Of a stretch of 64,000 bases of DNA, positions 47,033 through 56,158 are shown in pieces. How positions within the stretch are numbered: position 1 is the stretch's first letter; the number at the start of each line of letters is the position of its first letter. The notes under the pieces are model-generated. The model did no database searches, was not told the DNA's origin, and saw nothing but the letters and a program-made list of their open reading frames with translations. Position numbers and translations under genes: made by a program. The DNA is from a virus: IMG/VR virus record IMGVR_UViG_3300012001_000009, positions 7,989-71,988 of that record, one strand, 5' to 3'.

Positions 47033-48535
47033 TTAACTCAAGGTAATCAACGGGTCCACATAGAACGTCGAGGAAGCCTTAGCCGCCTTGACGTAAGCAT
47101 AAACAACACCTACCTGCCCAGGTTGTGGTGATGATGCTGTGGCAGTCAAGGTAAACCGGCAACCTGCTCTAAACACTGCGCCACTATCTGTAACGCTGCC
47201 GCCGTCGATTGCAGTAGCGTATACGCCTGGTTCAGAACCTGCTGAAGTGCCCGCCGTGGTGCAAAAGAACACGCGGCCAGGATTACTAGCCACCTTCACC
47301 ATGTCGCCCAAGCTGTAGGCACTAATGTTCGCACGGGCTGTTATCTTGCTGTCCCACGCTGCGGTGCTGGCTGTCAACGCTGCATTAGCAGTAAGGATGG
47401 TAGCGATAGTCCCTGAGGCGAACGAACCTAGAGGCGTGCTGGAGCTCCCTAGATATTCAAAGTCCACCCAGATATCATCGTTATTTGGCACTGCTGCCGC
47501 ATTCCAGATACCTTGTATGGTGCAAACACGATTGGTCGATATTGTGTCATTCCAAACAGCAATAGGCATAGCTCCGAATGGACTAGCCCATTTTGAATTC
47601 GCAGTGGTTGTTATAGCCCACGATATTGGTGTGGTGTTGTCAGAGGCTCCGCCCGTATTCACCAGCGAAATGTTCACCTTCTGATTACCGCAATAATTGT
47701 ACCTCTCGTTACGGTAATTCGTAGCGCCCGAGTCGCAACGGGACAAGGTGATATCACCTCTTGGCAGGCTTACGAAACTATAGGTGATCGAAGCACTGGC
47801 GTTCAACTTGCAATCTTTAAGTATTATTTTGGAAGTGTTCTGCGCACCATTCAATAACTGAGAGGGGGCAGCGGATAAATCAACTCCTTCGATGTTAATT
47901 AAATGTCCGCCGTTAGAAATAAGCAAAGAGGACGGCGCACTACCTAGTAAAGCTGAAGCAGTATTGTTCCAATAAAAATCGCCACCTGCCACGTATATCG
48001 CGTCACCGGTGGACGCAAAGGACATAGTGGTGTTATTTAAATCGACCCTGCCTGATTTTCCGTCTTGAGGACCTATATTAACACTGCCTCCTGTAGTGCC
48101 GCCTTTTTGAACCGAGCAGCTATCGAGACGCCATCCGCATCCGTTTGTACTTCCGACGGATCCTACTGAACAACTATTATTGACTGCGCCAGACCCACCT
48201 TTGAACGTAATGCCGTACACATAGGCATAGCCGCCCGCTAGAACGCAATCGAACGCGCCAGTGGTCGTAACGGTAGCAGTCGTTCTCATGTCCGCTGCAA
48301 CAGGCGGAACAGACCCTGTATGCAACGCACAAATAATATTGCACGGATTAGCAGCCGTGCCTGGGCTAGTGTGTGTTGTTGTTGCAGCCGCGGTTTCAGC
48401 ATGGTCCTCAGAGACCCATAGCGAGTCACCAGCAGCGCTGGCAGTAAGGGCTGCACTCAACCTGGTATAAGCGTTGGTCCAATCTGCCCCTGTGCCAGCG
48501 CCACTAGCGCCTGACCTAACATAAACGTTAGCCAT
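47033..48535 (-). CDS. 500-aa putative beta-helix structural/adhesin protein
   Basis: N-terminus YVRSGA.G..TGADWTNAY, typical of pectate-lyase-like beta-helices. Confidence 0.7.
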   Translation of the reverse strand: MANVYVRSGASGAGTGADWTNAYTRLSAALTASAAGDSLWVSEDHAETAAATTTHTSPGTAANPCNIICALHTGSVPPVAADMRTTATVTTTGAFDCVLAGGYAYVYGITFKGGSGAVNNSCSVGSVGSTNGCGWRLDSCSVQKGGTTGGSVNIGPQDGKSGRVDLNNTTMSFASTGDAIYVAGGDFYWNNTASALLGSAPSSLLISNGGHLINIEGVDLSAAPSQLLNGAQNTSKIILKDCKLNASASITYSFVSLPRGDITLSRCDSGATNYRNERYNYCGNQKVNISLVNTGGASDNTTPISWAITTTANSKWASPFGAMPIAVWNDTISTNRVCTIQGIWNAAAVPNNDDIWVDFEYLGSSSTPLGSFASGTIATILTANAALTASTAAWDSKITARANISAYSLGDMVKVASNPGRVFFCTTAGTSAGSEPGVYATAIDGGSVTDSGAVFRAGCRFTLTATASSPQPGQVGVVYAYVKAAKASSTFYVDPLITLS

Positions 48536-48540
48536 TTAGA

Positions 48541-49029
48541 TTACGCGATCCGGATCAACGCGGTCGAGGAATTGTTGGTTGGCATCAGGATCGTCAGAGT
48601 GCCCGCCGAAACTGTTTGCGTACCGCCGAAGCCAGAGACATACACTGCCCGAGTGCCGTTCGTAAAGTTATACATGATGCAACCGGATGTTGAGAACGTC
48701 GCCGAGGTCCAGCTTGGATTGACGTTCGGTGTGGTGAACGCAGTGGTTCCCGAAATCTGCGGCGTGATGTTGTTTGCCACCGCGATATCGTAACCGCCTT
48801 GCGTATAGCCAGATCCCGTAGCCAATTCGTCCGTGCCCATGTTCGAGACAGTAGGAGTGCCTACGCCCGTACCATAGTTCGTTGTCGAGGCATTGTAAGT
48901 GCCAGTCGGCGATGCGATGCCCAGAACAACTCGGAAGTCATTGCCGCTCGTAATCGTGAAATTATGCAAAGCTTGCAGGATTTCCTGCTTGAAGCTTGTT
49001 GGCATGAATGCTGTGGAGAAGCCGGCCAT
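48541..49029 (-). CDS. Conserved 162-aa putative structural protein
   Basis: TSFKQEIL...HNF, GYTQGG and C-terminal ALIRIA. Confidence 0.75.
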   Translation of the reverse strand: MAGFSTAFMPTSFKQEILQALHNFTITSGNDFRVVLGIASPTGTYNASTTNYGTGVGTPTVSNMGTDELATGSGYTQGGYDIAVANNITPQISGTTAFTTPNVNPSWTSATFSTSGCIMYNFTNGTRAVYVSGFGGTQTVSAGTLTILMPTNNSSTALIRIA

Positions 49030-49031
49030 GG

Positions 49032-49511
49032 TTAATTGCTCCCTTCGTTACCAGGATGAAACGCTGCCTTGAACGCCTGTGCTTGCGGCGCGTTAGGATT
49101 GCGATCGGCGTGCCAGCTGCGTTCAATCAGCATACTGGTATGGAAATGACTTTCCAGCAGATTGCGAAGATGCTCGCGGGTTTCGTCTTTGGCGAAATCG
49201 TCAGCCCATGCTGTATTGGCGGCAGCATTGATAATCTCGGTAACCACATCGTCCACAGCTACATGGTCGCTGCAATCGAGGTTATGACCCAGGCGGTCAT
49301 GCCCGGTTTGTGCGATAGATGCGCGCTCACCGTGTTTGACGGTGCGATGGTGCCCTTCCAGGATATCGATGATCGCCGCTTGCAGCTTGACCGCTGCGCC
49401 GCGCTTTTCGCCAGCTACATGGTCTGCAATTTCCACGATCAGTTCGGCAGTCTTTTCTGCCCAAAAAGCAGACTTATGCGGCCCACCATTCGTAATCATA
49501 ATATTGTTCAC
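49032..49511 (-). CDS. Hypothetical protein
   Basis: RBS ggag; starts MITNGGPH. Confidence 0.7.
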   Translation of the reverse strand: MNNIMITNGGPHKSAFWAEKTAELIVEIADHVAGEKRGAAVKLQAAIIDILEGHHRTVKHGERASIAQTGHDRLGHNLDCSDHVAVDDVVTEIINAAANTAWADDFAKDETREHLRNLLESHFHTSMLIERSWHADRNPNAPQAQAFKAAFHPGNEGSN

Positions 49512-49553
49512 ATTAACTCCATATAAGGTTAAAACGTTTTAAAACAGTGGCGG

Positions 49554-49796
49554 TTACTTCCCCGCTGGCCGCGTATCCAACCCTGCTGCTGCCAAGACTT
49601 CTGCTAGGTCATCAACATGGATGCAGTCACACATGCAAGCATAGTCATTTGCCGGTTGGACCACAGCAATGTTGCCATTGCAGTAATCATTACCCGGAGT
49701 TGCACTATGCAGCACGCCATAGGCAACGACTTTGCCGCCTTCCAGCCTCACCATCTTGTCACCATTCTTTGCTTCTCGTCCGTTGCGGTAGTGCAT
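49554..49796 (-). CDS. Small hypothetical protein
   Basis: RBS aggag; MHYRNGREAKNGD; Cys-rich C-terminus. Confidence 0.7.
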   Translation of the reverse strand: MHYRNGREAKNGDKMVRLEGGKVVAYGVLHSATPGNDYCNGNIAVVQPANDYACMCDCIHVDDLAEVLAAAGLDTRPAGK

Positions 49797-49811
49797 GTGG
49801 ATCTCCTATTT

Positions 49812-51023
49812 TCAAACAAACATTGAAGTATTGATGGCATTAGCAATCGCTTGATGCCCGTTCCGATTCGGATGAACTCCATCATCCGTAAAGGATGCTG
49901 TACCCGGCGAGATAGTCCCGCTAATGACTTGCCACTTGCCGCTAAGGTATGAACTTTCGCAGGCGCGCTCAATATCAAACACTGCGAACGCTGGCCCGAG
50001 CGTACTGCCAACCGATAGACCATTCCGACGTTGCGCATTAACCACTAGCCGTACAGCCTCGGACGCTAGGACAGTTTGGTTAGCTACAGTCACATAGGAA
50101 TCGGTAGACGTTACGCGAGGCGTAAGGGTACAAACTGCAACAGGCTTGCCTGTATAGTACCCAATGATAGTCAACGTATCCGCTAGGATCTGCGCAGCGG
50201 TTCTACTGTTGACTACATCATTTGACCCGTATTCGATAACGACATTGGAGGCATAAGCGATAAGGGCATTCCGCTTTGTGTGAGATGCCACAAAATTCTG
50301 CAACGTGTCGGTGTACACGGCAACATTAAGGCAAGCATACTTACCGCCAAATGCCCTGCACAAATAGCCTTGACGGCTGGACGAGTCAGCTATATCACCT
50401 GTGCCTACTGCAATGCTGTCGCCTACAATGGCGATAGAGGCACGCGAGGTTTGCGCAATGATCGCGGCAGGCGCAACGATGCCGCCAGCTTGCGGCGTAC
50501 ATACCGAACCATTGCCGCCCATTGTGTAATCAGGGCAGCCAACAGCAGTGGTCCCAACCGATAGTTGCGCAGTGCCGTCGCCATCATATTGGTTGTTCCA
50601 TAACATGTGGCCTGTGGCGTACTGATAGAGGCGCGTCCAGAACTTTGCACCTCGTGGGATTGACACTGAAACGGCATCTGATATCAGGTTGGATCCAGCC
50701 AAGACTGTGCCTGTTGTATTTCCACTGAACAGCACTTGTGTGAATACACCAACAGGGTATTCAATGGATGCAGTCCAACTTGCGCTGCTTGCCCCATTCG
50801 TTTCAACCATTGATGCATTTACGTACCAGTTTGGCAGTACGATCTGCAATGACACAATATCGTCCCGCGCATAATGCGGGCAGCGACTATAGCTGTATGT
50901 GTTGCTAGCATGAAGCTGGTTTGGCACAAACGTACCAGTGGCCACCTGACCAAGGTACGTTGGCGCAGCCTTCTTCAACCCTAGTATGCTCGCCTTAATT
51001 GCAAAACTTGCCAAGCCTATCAT
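49812..51023 (-). CDS. SGNH/GDSL hydrolase (esterase) with N-terminal beta domain
   Basis: Catalytic blocks IVGDSI, YGSND and DGVHPN. Confidence 0.85.
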   Translation of the reverse strand: MIGLASFAIKASILGLKKAAPTYLGQVATGTFVPNQLHASNTYSYSRCPHYARDDIVSLQIVLPNWYVNASMVETNGASSASWTASIEYPVGVFTQVLFSGNTTGTVLAGSNLISDAVSVSIPRGAKFWTRLYQYATGHMLWNNQYDGDGTAQLSVGTTAVGCPDYTMGGNGSVCTPQAGGIVAPAAIIAQTSRASIAIVGDSIAVGTGDIADSSSRQGYLCRAFGGKYACLNVAVYTDTLQNFVASHTKRNALIAYASNVVIEYGSNDVVNSRTAAQILADTLTIIGYYTGKPVAVCTLTPRVTSTDSYVTVANQTVLASEAVRLVVNAQRRNGLSVGSTLGPAFAVFDIERACESSYLSGKWQVISGTISPGTASFTDDGVHPNRNGHQAIANAINTSMFV

Positions 51024-51199
51024 TGTTTCACCCACGCGCTAACGCTTGTCACGGTTGATCCTGTATAGGTCAACGTTTGTTTGTAATAAAACCCAAGCGC
51101 ATCCGGCCCGGCAGTAATAGTATCGACTGCACCAGCAGGACCACCGTATGTTAGGGTTTGATGAAACATGTCGGGGTTCATAACGTCAAAGAAATTCAT
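51020..51199 (-). CDS. 59-aa protein (not in ORF track)
   Basis: RBS gagg; MNFFDVMNPD...KQTLTYTGSTVTSVSAWVKQ; ATGA overlap with the SGNH gene. Confidence 0.7.
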   Translation of the reverse strand: MNFFDVMNPDMFHQTLTYGGPAGAVDTITAGPDALGFYYKQTLTYTGSTVTSVSAWVKQ

Positions 51200-51215
51200 T
51201 TCAGTCCTCGCTACA

Positions 51216-52817
51216 TTACCTGCCTGCCCTTGCCAATGCTTGCTTGCTGATTCGCATTGGCGACCTTGTTACCACACTGAACTGCATCATGACTGCATCC
51301 GCCAAGTTCGGCGATTTGACACCCTCGGGCGCTTTATCAATCAGCACCTTGCCCACACCGTTCGTTGACCAAGTTGGCTGGGATAACTCTGCCACCAGCT
51401 TCAATAGATCGTTACCGCACGAGGACGAGATAGAAATCAACTCGTCAGGATCGTATATGAGCCCTTCCGTAACAGCGCGGAAGGTCTTTTGGAAACGAGT
51501 TCTAAGGGCCCACCACGCTTGTGCCTTGCAGTTCGCAAAGTAGTCCTCATTCTTGCGCCCCTTGATATCCTCGCCCTCTGGATTAAAAACCCCCGCCGAG
51601 CCTCTAAAAGCCTCAACTTCAATCTGAGTGGATTGATTCGTAGCTCGATTCTCATTGATGATCCTTGCGTCCCCTCGGACACCTGCACCAAGTCCATCCG
51701 AATCAAACTTGAATTGGCTATACCCTTTAAGGTCGCAAACATTGAACGCTTTCTGTGTGGTTGCAAAAATGTCGCTGTTCTTGCCTGTCCACTCCTCGAT
51801 ATGCTCGATTACGATCCCGTGAGCGCCGCAGAAGGCGTTTTTATCCTTGCCCTCGTCCGCAACGTCCAGCGACCCTGAGCGAAGCCCTGTAGGCTTTAAT
51901 TCCAGCTTTAGATGCGCGTCTATCGAAGCCCTGACCCAAGCGTTAGGAATCACTACACCTTCAACTGAGGCATTGTAATCCCTGTTCACTTCCTGGTTTA
52001 GCGTGATGGGATCTAACTCTAATTCTTGCTTGGCATACCAAGCATCATCCTTGCGCGGATCATCGCGCCAATCAAAAATGAATACGTCAATCTTGCCGCC
52101 GTGTCGTTTCTGGGCAAAGACGTTCGCCATCCCTGCGACTGACGATAGATCAATGCGGCAGTTCGTAGTCTGGGACAGCGATGCCTCTACCAACTGAGCG
52201 CGTTCAATGTGTGCCGCCTCGTCAACGAAGTAGATACCTGTTCTATCGCCGCGCCCTATATTGTCGCCTGCCTCGCCGCTGATATTTGATCCGCTGTCTG
52301 GGAAGTTCAACCTTAGATGCGGCGCGTCCTTGTTGATATCCCATGACCCTCTGAATTCCTCTGGCAGGTTCTGAACAAACACCCGAGCCTTATAGAACAA
52401 GGATTTTGGTGCGCCAATCTTATCAACGTACTCTTCCTTGCGCGACCCGAACCCAATCGCCATCCCGGGATAGAACAGGCAGAGAGTGCAAGCTGTAGCT
52501 ACAGTCAACCACGATATGCCCATGTCGCGAGACTTTTCTATCAACCCTGGCTTACGGCCTTTCCAGTGAGCCACGATCCAATCAACCAGTTCTATCTGTT
52601 TTGGAAACAGAATAAACGGGATGACACTAGGTAAGCCTAGTTCCACATTACGGGGATCGACGGTCATTCCCCAGTCTGAGATAAACTGGGCTGGATGTTC
52701 CTTATAGAAAGCTTTTAGCTTTCGCACATCCGCTGGATGTTTTCTAAGGTAGGCTAGTCTTTCGATTCGCCTTGTAAAGATGGCAGTGTAATCAGGGTTC
52801 TTGTAATCAATGTCCAT
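51216..52817 (-). CDS. terL: Terminase large subunit
   Basis: EKSRDMGISW, FVDEAAH, LDVADEGKD and SPNLADA. Confidence 0.92.
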   Translation of the reverse strand: MDIDYKNPDYTAIFTRRIERLAYLRKHPADVRKLKAFYKEHPAQFISDWGMTVDPRNVELGLPSVIPFILFPKQIELVDWIVAHWKGRKPGLIEKSRDMGISWLTVATACTLCLFYPGMAIGFGSRKEEYVDKIGAPKSLFYKARVFVQNLPEEFRGSWDINKDAPHLRLNFPDSGSNISGEAGDNIGRGDRTGIYFVDEAAHIERAQLVEASLSQTTNCRIDLSSVAGMANVFAQKRHGGKIDVFIFDWRDDPRKDDAWYAKQELELDPITLNQEVNRDYNASVEGVVIPNAWVRASIDAHLKLELKPTGLRSGSLDVADEGKDKNAFCGAHGIVIEHIEEWTGKNSDIFATTQKAFNVCDLKGYSQFKFDSDGLGAGVRGDARIINENRATNQSTQIEVEAFRGSAGVFNPEGEDIKGRKNEDYFANCKAQAWWALRTRFQKTFRAVTEGLIYDPDELISISSSCGNDLLKLVAELSQPTWSTNGVGKVLIDKAPEGVKSPNLADAVMMQFSVVTRSPMRISKQALARAGR

Positions 52818-53064
52818 CTGCCTTTTTAAAGCTGTTCATCATGCTTTTAAGGTCGTCTAGAATCTCTTTGCAATCCTTGTCAGTCACGGTGGACTTATCA
52901 GGTTGCCCTTGCTTTGCCACGATCGCACCTTTCGCGCCAACCATGCGCCGATACTGTTTAGTACCTGGCGCATAGAACACGCGATCACCCGAAGGTTTAG
53001 CGATTGGCGCATAGAACACGCGATCACCCGAAGGTTTAGCGATTGGCGGAAAGATGATAGCCAT
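52807..53064 (-). CDS. Hypothetical protein with a 13-aa duplication
   Basis: PIAKPSGDRVFYA occurs twice. Confidence 0.55.
   Translation of the reverse strand: MAIIFPPIAKPSGDRVFYAPIAKPSGDRVFYAPGTKQYRRMVGAKGAIVAKQGQPDKSTVTDKDCKEILDDLKSMMNSFKKADGH
52966..53048. repeat. Perfect 39-bp tandem duplication
   Basis: tggcgcatagaacacgcgatcacccgaaggtttagcgat twice, followed by tggcg. Confidence 0.95.
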
Positions 53065-53066
53065 GA

Positions 53067-53339
53067 TTAAGGCCGGAACGTTGCGTATGCACCACAGCCG
53101 AAGTTGGCAGAGAATACAGCGCCTTCAAACGTCGTGGCAATAGAGCCGTTGGCAGTGATGACAAAATCCTTCGTTTTGTCCTCGGCGACAAGCGCCACGA
53201 ACGACTCAATACCTGCTTTAGCTTGTTTAACATCGATTGCATGGATCGGCTGTTGAACGGCAACTTCATCCAGCTTAGCTTCAGCTTGCTTCAATGCTTC
53301 GGCTTTCGTAGCTGCGCGGACAGTAAAAGAATAGGACAT
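53067..53339 (-). CDS. Hypothetical protein
   Basis: RBS ggag; starts MSYSFTVRAATK. Confidence 0.7.
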   Translation of the reverse strand: MSYSFTVRAATKAEALKQAEAKLDEVAVQQPIHAIDVKQAKAGIESFVALVAEDKTKDFVITANGSIATTFEGAVFSANFGCGAYATFRP

Positions 53340-53355
53340 TTTATTCTCCCGGTGG

Positions 53356-53571
53356 TTAAATAATGGGTGTTACTGGGACTTGGTCTATCTCGTTGCATAG
53401 AGTGCATACAGGGCACTTTACGACAACTCTATCGGTATCTCTATTGATAGCGCTGTCTTTAGGTAAAAGCGCCTGCGCTTCGCACCTATGAAACTGGAAT
53501 TCAGTTTTGCATAAATTACATATGCATTGATAAACCGGGCCTGGCGCGGTCCCCTTAGAAATGATTTTCAC
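53356..53571 (-). CDS. Small Zn-ribbon protein
   Basis: CNLC...CPVC. Confidence 0.65.
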   Translation of the reverse strand: MKIISKGTAPGPVYQCICNLCKTEFQFHRCEAQALLPKDSAINRDTDRVVVKCPVCTLCNEIDQVPVTPII

Positions 53572-54146
53572 TTGCCGCCGATCATTTTTTGGTAGGCTAT
53601 CGATGCCTCTATTGGATCAACAGGCATAGCTTGGTTTGCGCGTTCTTCTTTTTCTCGCTCGTCATCAAACGCCGCGGTAGCCATTTCTTTGTTGGCGGCT
53701 AACAAGTTCAGGCCGATCTTAGCGGCATCGTTGGCCACACTCGTTAGCATGTTGATTGACTTCAGAATCGGCACGTTCGTTTCGCCAGTAGTGTCTGTGT
53801 CGTCAAGGAACTCGGTTTGCGCATGTGCCATCGCTGAGATTCGATGCGCTGTGGCAGCACCTTTGACACCAGCGCCGGCTAAATGTCTTGAAATTGCGCG
53901 CAGGTCGTTGGCCAGCGAAATTGTGATTAACTGTTGCGCAACAGGCAAATCATATAAAGCCTCCTCAGCGCTAACTATTTGTTTTGCAACGCTTTTTACC
54001 GTGTTTAACTGTTGCGAAAAGCGCCTTGTGATTGCCGCACGATCAATCTTAAATTCCCTTGCGAGGTCTGCCGGTAACTCACCCGCCAACAATCGTTTTT
54101 GTATCTGGTCCCATTGAGCGTCTGTTAGTTTTGATTTTCGACCCAT
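53568..54146 (-). CDS. Terminase small subunit-like HTH protein
   Basis: N-terminal HTH MGRKSKLT..QW...LAREF; upstream of terL. Confidence 0.75.
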   Translation of the reverse strand: MGRKSKLTDAQWDQIQKRLLAGELPADLAREFKIDRAAITRRFSQQLNTVKSVAKQIVSAEEALYDLPVAQQLITISLANDLRAISRHLAGAGVKGAATAHRISAMAHAQTEFLDDTDTTGETNVPILKSINMLTSVANDAAKIGLNLLAANKEMATAAFDDEREKEERANQAMPVDPIEASIAYQKMIGGK

Positions 54147-54163
54147 GACGATACCTTAGAAAT

Positions 54164-54204
54164 AAAAAAGCTGGTCTGCAACTTCTCAAGGATTGCAAAC
54201 CAGC
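54164..54204 (-). terminator. Intrinsic terminator
   Basis: On the - strand gctggtttgcaa...ttgcagaccagc followed by tttttt. Confidence 0.75.
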
Positions 54205-54235
54205 CAACCTATGATTACGCCCATAGGCGCTAGGT

Positions 54236-54394
54236 TTAATCGGTGTATAAGTATTTGTGGTTGGTGGGTAAAAGATCCCACCCGAGTTGCCGACGAATAT
54301 CGGCTGGTGATGGCGGAGGCTTATGCTCCTGCACTTGTTGAGCGAGCCATTTACGGACAGACTCTTTAGTCGGTGTACCTTGCTTGGTGTTCAT
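54236..54394 (-). CDS. 52-aa protein (not in ORF track)
   Basis: RBS gaggt; MNTKQGTPTKESVRKWLAQQVQEHKPPPSPADIRRQLGWDLL...; flanked by its own promoter and terminator. Confidence 0.7.
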   Translation of the reverse strand: MNTKQGTPTKESVRKWLAQQVQEHKPPPSPADIRRQLGWDLLPTNHKYLYTD

Positions 54395-54465
54395 AGAGAA
54401 CCTCACATGATAACAACTCCTCCAAAATTACTGTAAATTGGCTGACACTGATTAAGCCTACACAA

Positions 54466-54494
54466 ATCATAGTAATTTTGGTGCAATGTGTAAA
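54466..54494 (-). promoter_or_regulatory. Sigma70-like promoter
   Basis: TTTACA-17bp-TATGAT on the - strand. Confidence 0.6.
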
Positions 54495-54525
54495 CTTTTT
54501 TATTGTAAACCGCCAAGTTGACACT

Positions 54526-55092
54526 TTACGTTAGCGCGATATCCATGGCCTGATCGATCATTTCAACCGTAATCTTGTCCGCTTTATTGTTCAGTGCCTC
54601 GAGCGCGTCCCCCGCCTTGGCGATACTTTCTGGCATTGCGCCTTCTTCGTCGTTCAATACCGCAAGCAGGATTGCCCGAACAGTATCGTACCGACGCGCA
54701 TCGCGTGCCAAGTTCACCATGTCCATTTCTCGAACAGACACCTCTGCTGGATTTCCGACAGTATCGCCAACTGTGTCGCCAGCAACCTGCGCTGCATCGT
54801 TCGCAGCTACCGATGGTTTGCTTTCTACCTTCGACGGATCGTAATCCATCAAGAATTGCGCCAGGTCTTGATGAAATTGACTTGCGTTATCTTGCAAATG
54901 ATTTGCCAGACCCATGATGTTGATGCAGTTGAGAATGGGCATGGGTACTTGTTCTTTCGGGACCACGTGATTGATGCGCAGCCGAGGACCCGCGAGCGCA
55001 TCGCTATCGTCCTCGTGGATGGTGATACTGCAAAGATTTGCCGCAAAAGCTTCCTTGGCGAATTCTTCAGACAATTCCAATAGCTTACTCAT
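54526..55092 (-). CDS. Hypothetical protein
   Basis: RBS aaggag; contains RDARRY. Confidence 0.7.
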   Translation of the reverse strand: MSKLLELSEEFAKEAFAANLCSITIHEDDSDALAGPRLRINHVVPKEQVPMPILNCINIMGLANHLQDNASQFHQDLAQFLMDYDPSKVESKPSVAANDAAQVAGDTVGDTVGNPAEVSVREMDMVNLARDARRYDTVRAILLAVLNDEEGAMPESIAKAGDALEALNNKADKITVEMIDQAMDIALT

Positions 55093-55106
55093 TTGTTTCT
55101 CCTTGG

Positions 55107-55268
55107 TTAATTAAAAACCCCGCACATCGATAAAAAAACCACACCTATTATTGCCAAACCTCCTATCACTACGTAAATAAACGTATTCGCCCATGCTAGT
55201 CTCTGGGCACGTTCAATTTCAAACTTAACCAGATGTTCGTGGTACTCTTTGATAAGATTGTGCTTCAT
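55107..55268 (-). CDS. 53-aa membrane protein (not in ORF track)
   Basis: MKHNLIKEYHE...FIYVVIGGLAIIGVVFLSM; ATGA-coupled to the upstream ORF. Confidence 0.5.
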   Translation of the reverse strand: MKHNLIKEYHEHLVKFEIERAQRLAWANTFIYVVIGGLAIIGVVFLSMCGVFN

Positions 55269-55444
55269 GGTTTAGGGTTCCTTGTCTTTACTTTCACATA
55301 CCAATTGACAAAATGACTTGGACCCATGATTTGGGACAATCTTGTAATTCGTTTGGCATGAGTCATTCTTAATATAGCACCCAATAAGACCAAGTCGTCA
55401 AATTCCTCTCTGCCAATTCTCCTAGGTTTTTCTTCGTCGCACAT
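55265..55444 (-). CDS. 59-aa hypothetical protein (not in ORF track)
   Basis: RBS aggagg; starts MCDEEKPRRIGREE. Confidence 0.5.
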   Translation of the reverse strand: MCDEEKPRRIGREEFDDLVLLGAILRMTHAKRITRLSQIMGPSHFVNWYVKVKTRNPKP

Positions 55445-55461
55445 AGCTACCAGCCTCCTTA

Positions 55462-55956
55462 TCAGTCAACCATGAATTTATCGTCAAGCTTTATACCCGC
55501 TTGTTGACTTTGATTTGCCTCGTGGACCCGCTGCAAGAACTTGGCCCGCATGTAAGCAGCTTTCCTAAACCGCTTGACGTTCTTGTAGAATGTCTGCCGG
55601 CTGACATTCGTTATTCCCGCATACCGTTTGATATTCTTTATTCGGTATTTGTAGAATGCCAAAAACGCAGCTTTGTCCTTAGTGTCTTCCATCCCGAGTA
55701 TCGCCATGTTCAAGAAAGACAGTTCTGCCGACAGCGCAGCGTCAGGTATGGCCACATTCTTCGATGGTTGCAATCTCGCGAGAACGCCTTCCAGCTTTGT
55801 ACTCATGGTGTATAATCTGCGACTCATAAGCCAGTTGCGCCATTCAACGCATAGGAGGTGAATCGCTTGATCGTCGCGATCCATCCTCGAAGCTGACTGC
55901 GGGACTGCTTCCGATCCCGATTCCAACCCCGATCCCGACTCCGATGCCTTATTCAT
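55462..55956 (-). CDS. Putative late transcription regulator (C-terminal HTH)
   Basis: HTH-like IKRYAGITNVSRQTFYK; upstream of the packaging genes. Confidence 0.55.
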   Translation of the reverse strand: MNKASESGSGLESGSEAVPQSASRMDRDDQAIHLLCVEWRNWLMSRRLYTMSTKLEGVLARLQPSKNVAIPDAALSAELSFLNMAILGMEDTKDKAAFLAFYKYRIKNIKRYAGITNVSRQTFYKNVKRFRKAAYMRAKFLQRVHEANQSQQAGIKLDDKFMVD

Positions 55957-56149
55957 TTTTCGGCAAACCTTCGTCAGTCTGATTACCCAAGAATAGACTT
56001 TGCGTGGTCGATAGCATGTAACCCAGTTTCTGCTTTGCCTCCAGAAAACTTTTAGCCTCGACCTGTTCGAGAACTTTGCAATCCCGCATCTTGGTATGAT
56101 GAATTATTTCCCGTTGTTCTTCCATACTGAACATCAAATAGTAAATCAT
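55949..56149 (-). CDS. Hypothetical protein
   Basis: RBS ggagg; 66 aa. Confidence 0.6.
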   Translation of the reverse strand: MIYYLMFSMEEQREIIHHTKMRDCKVLEQVEAKSFLEAKQKLGYMLSTTQSLFLGNQTDEGLPKNE

Positions 56150-56158
56150 GTTGCCTCC

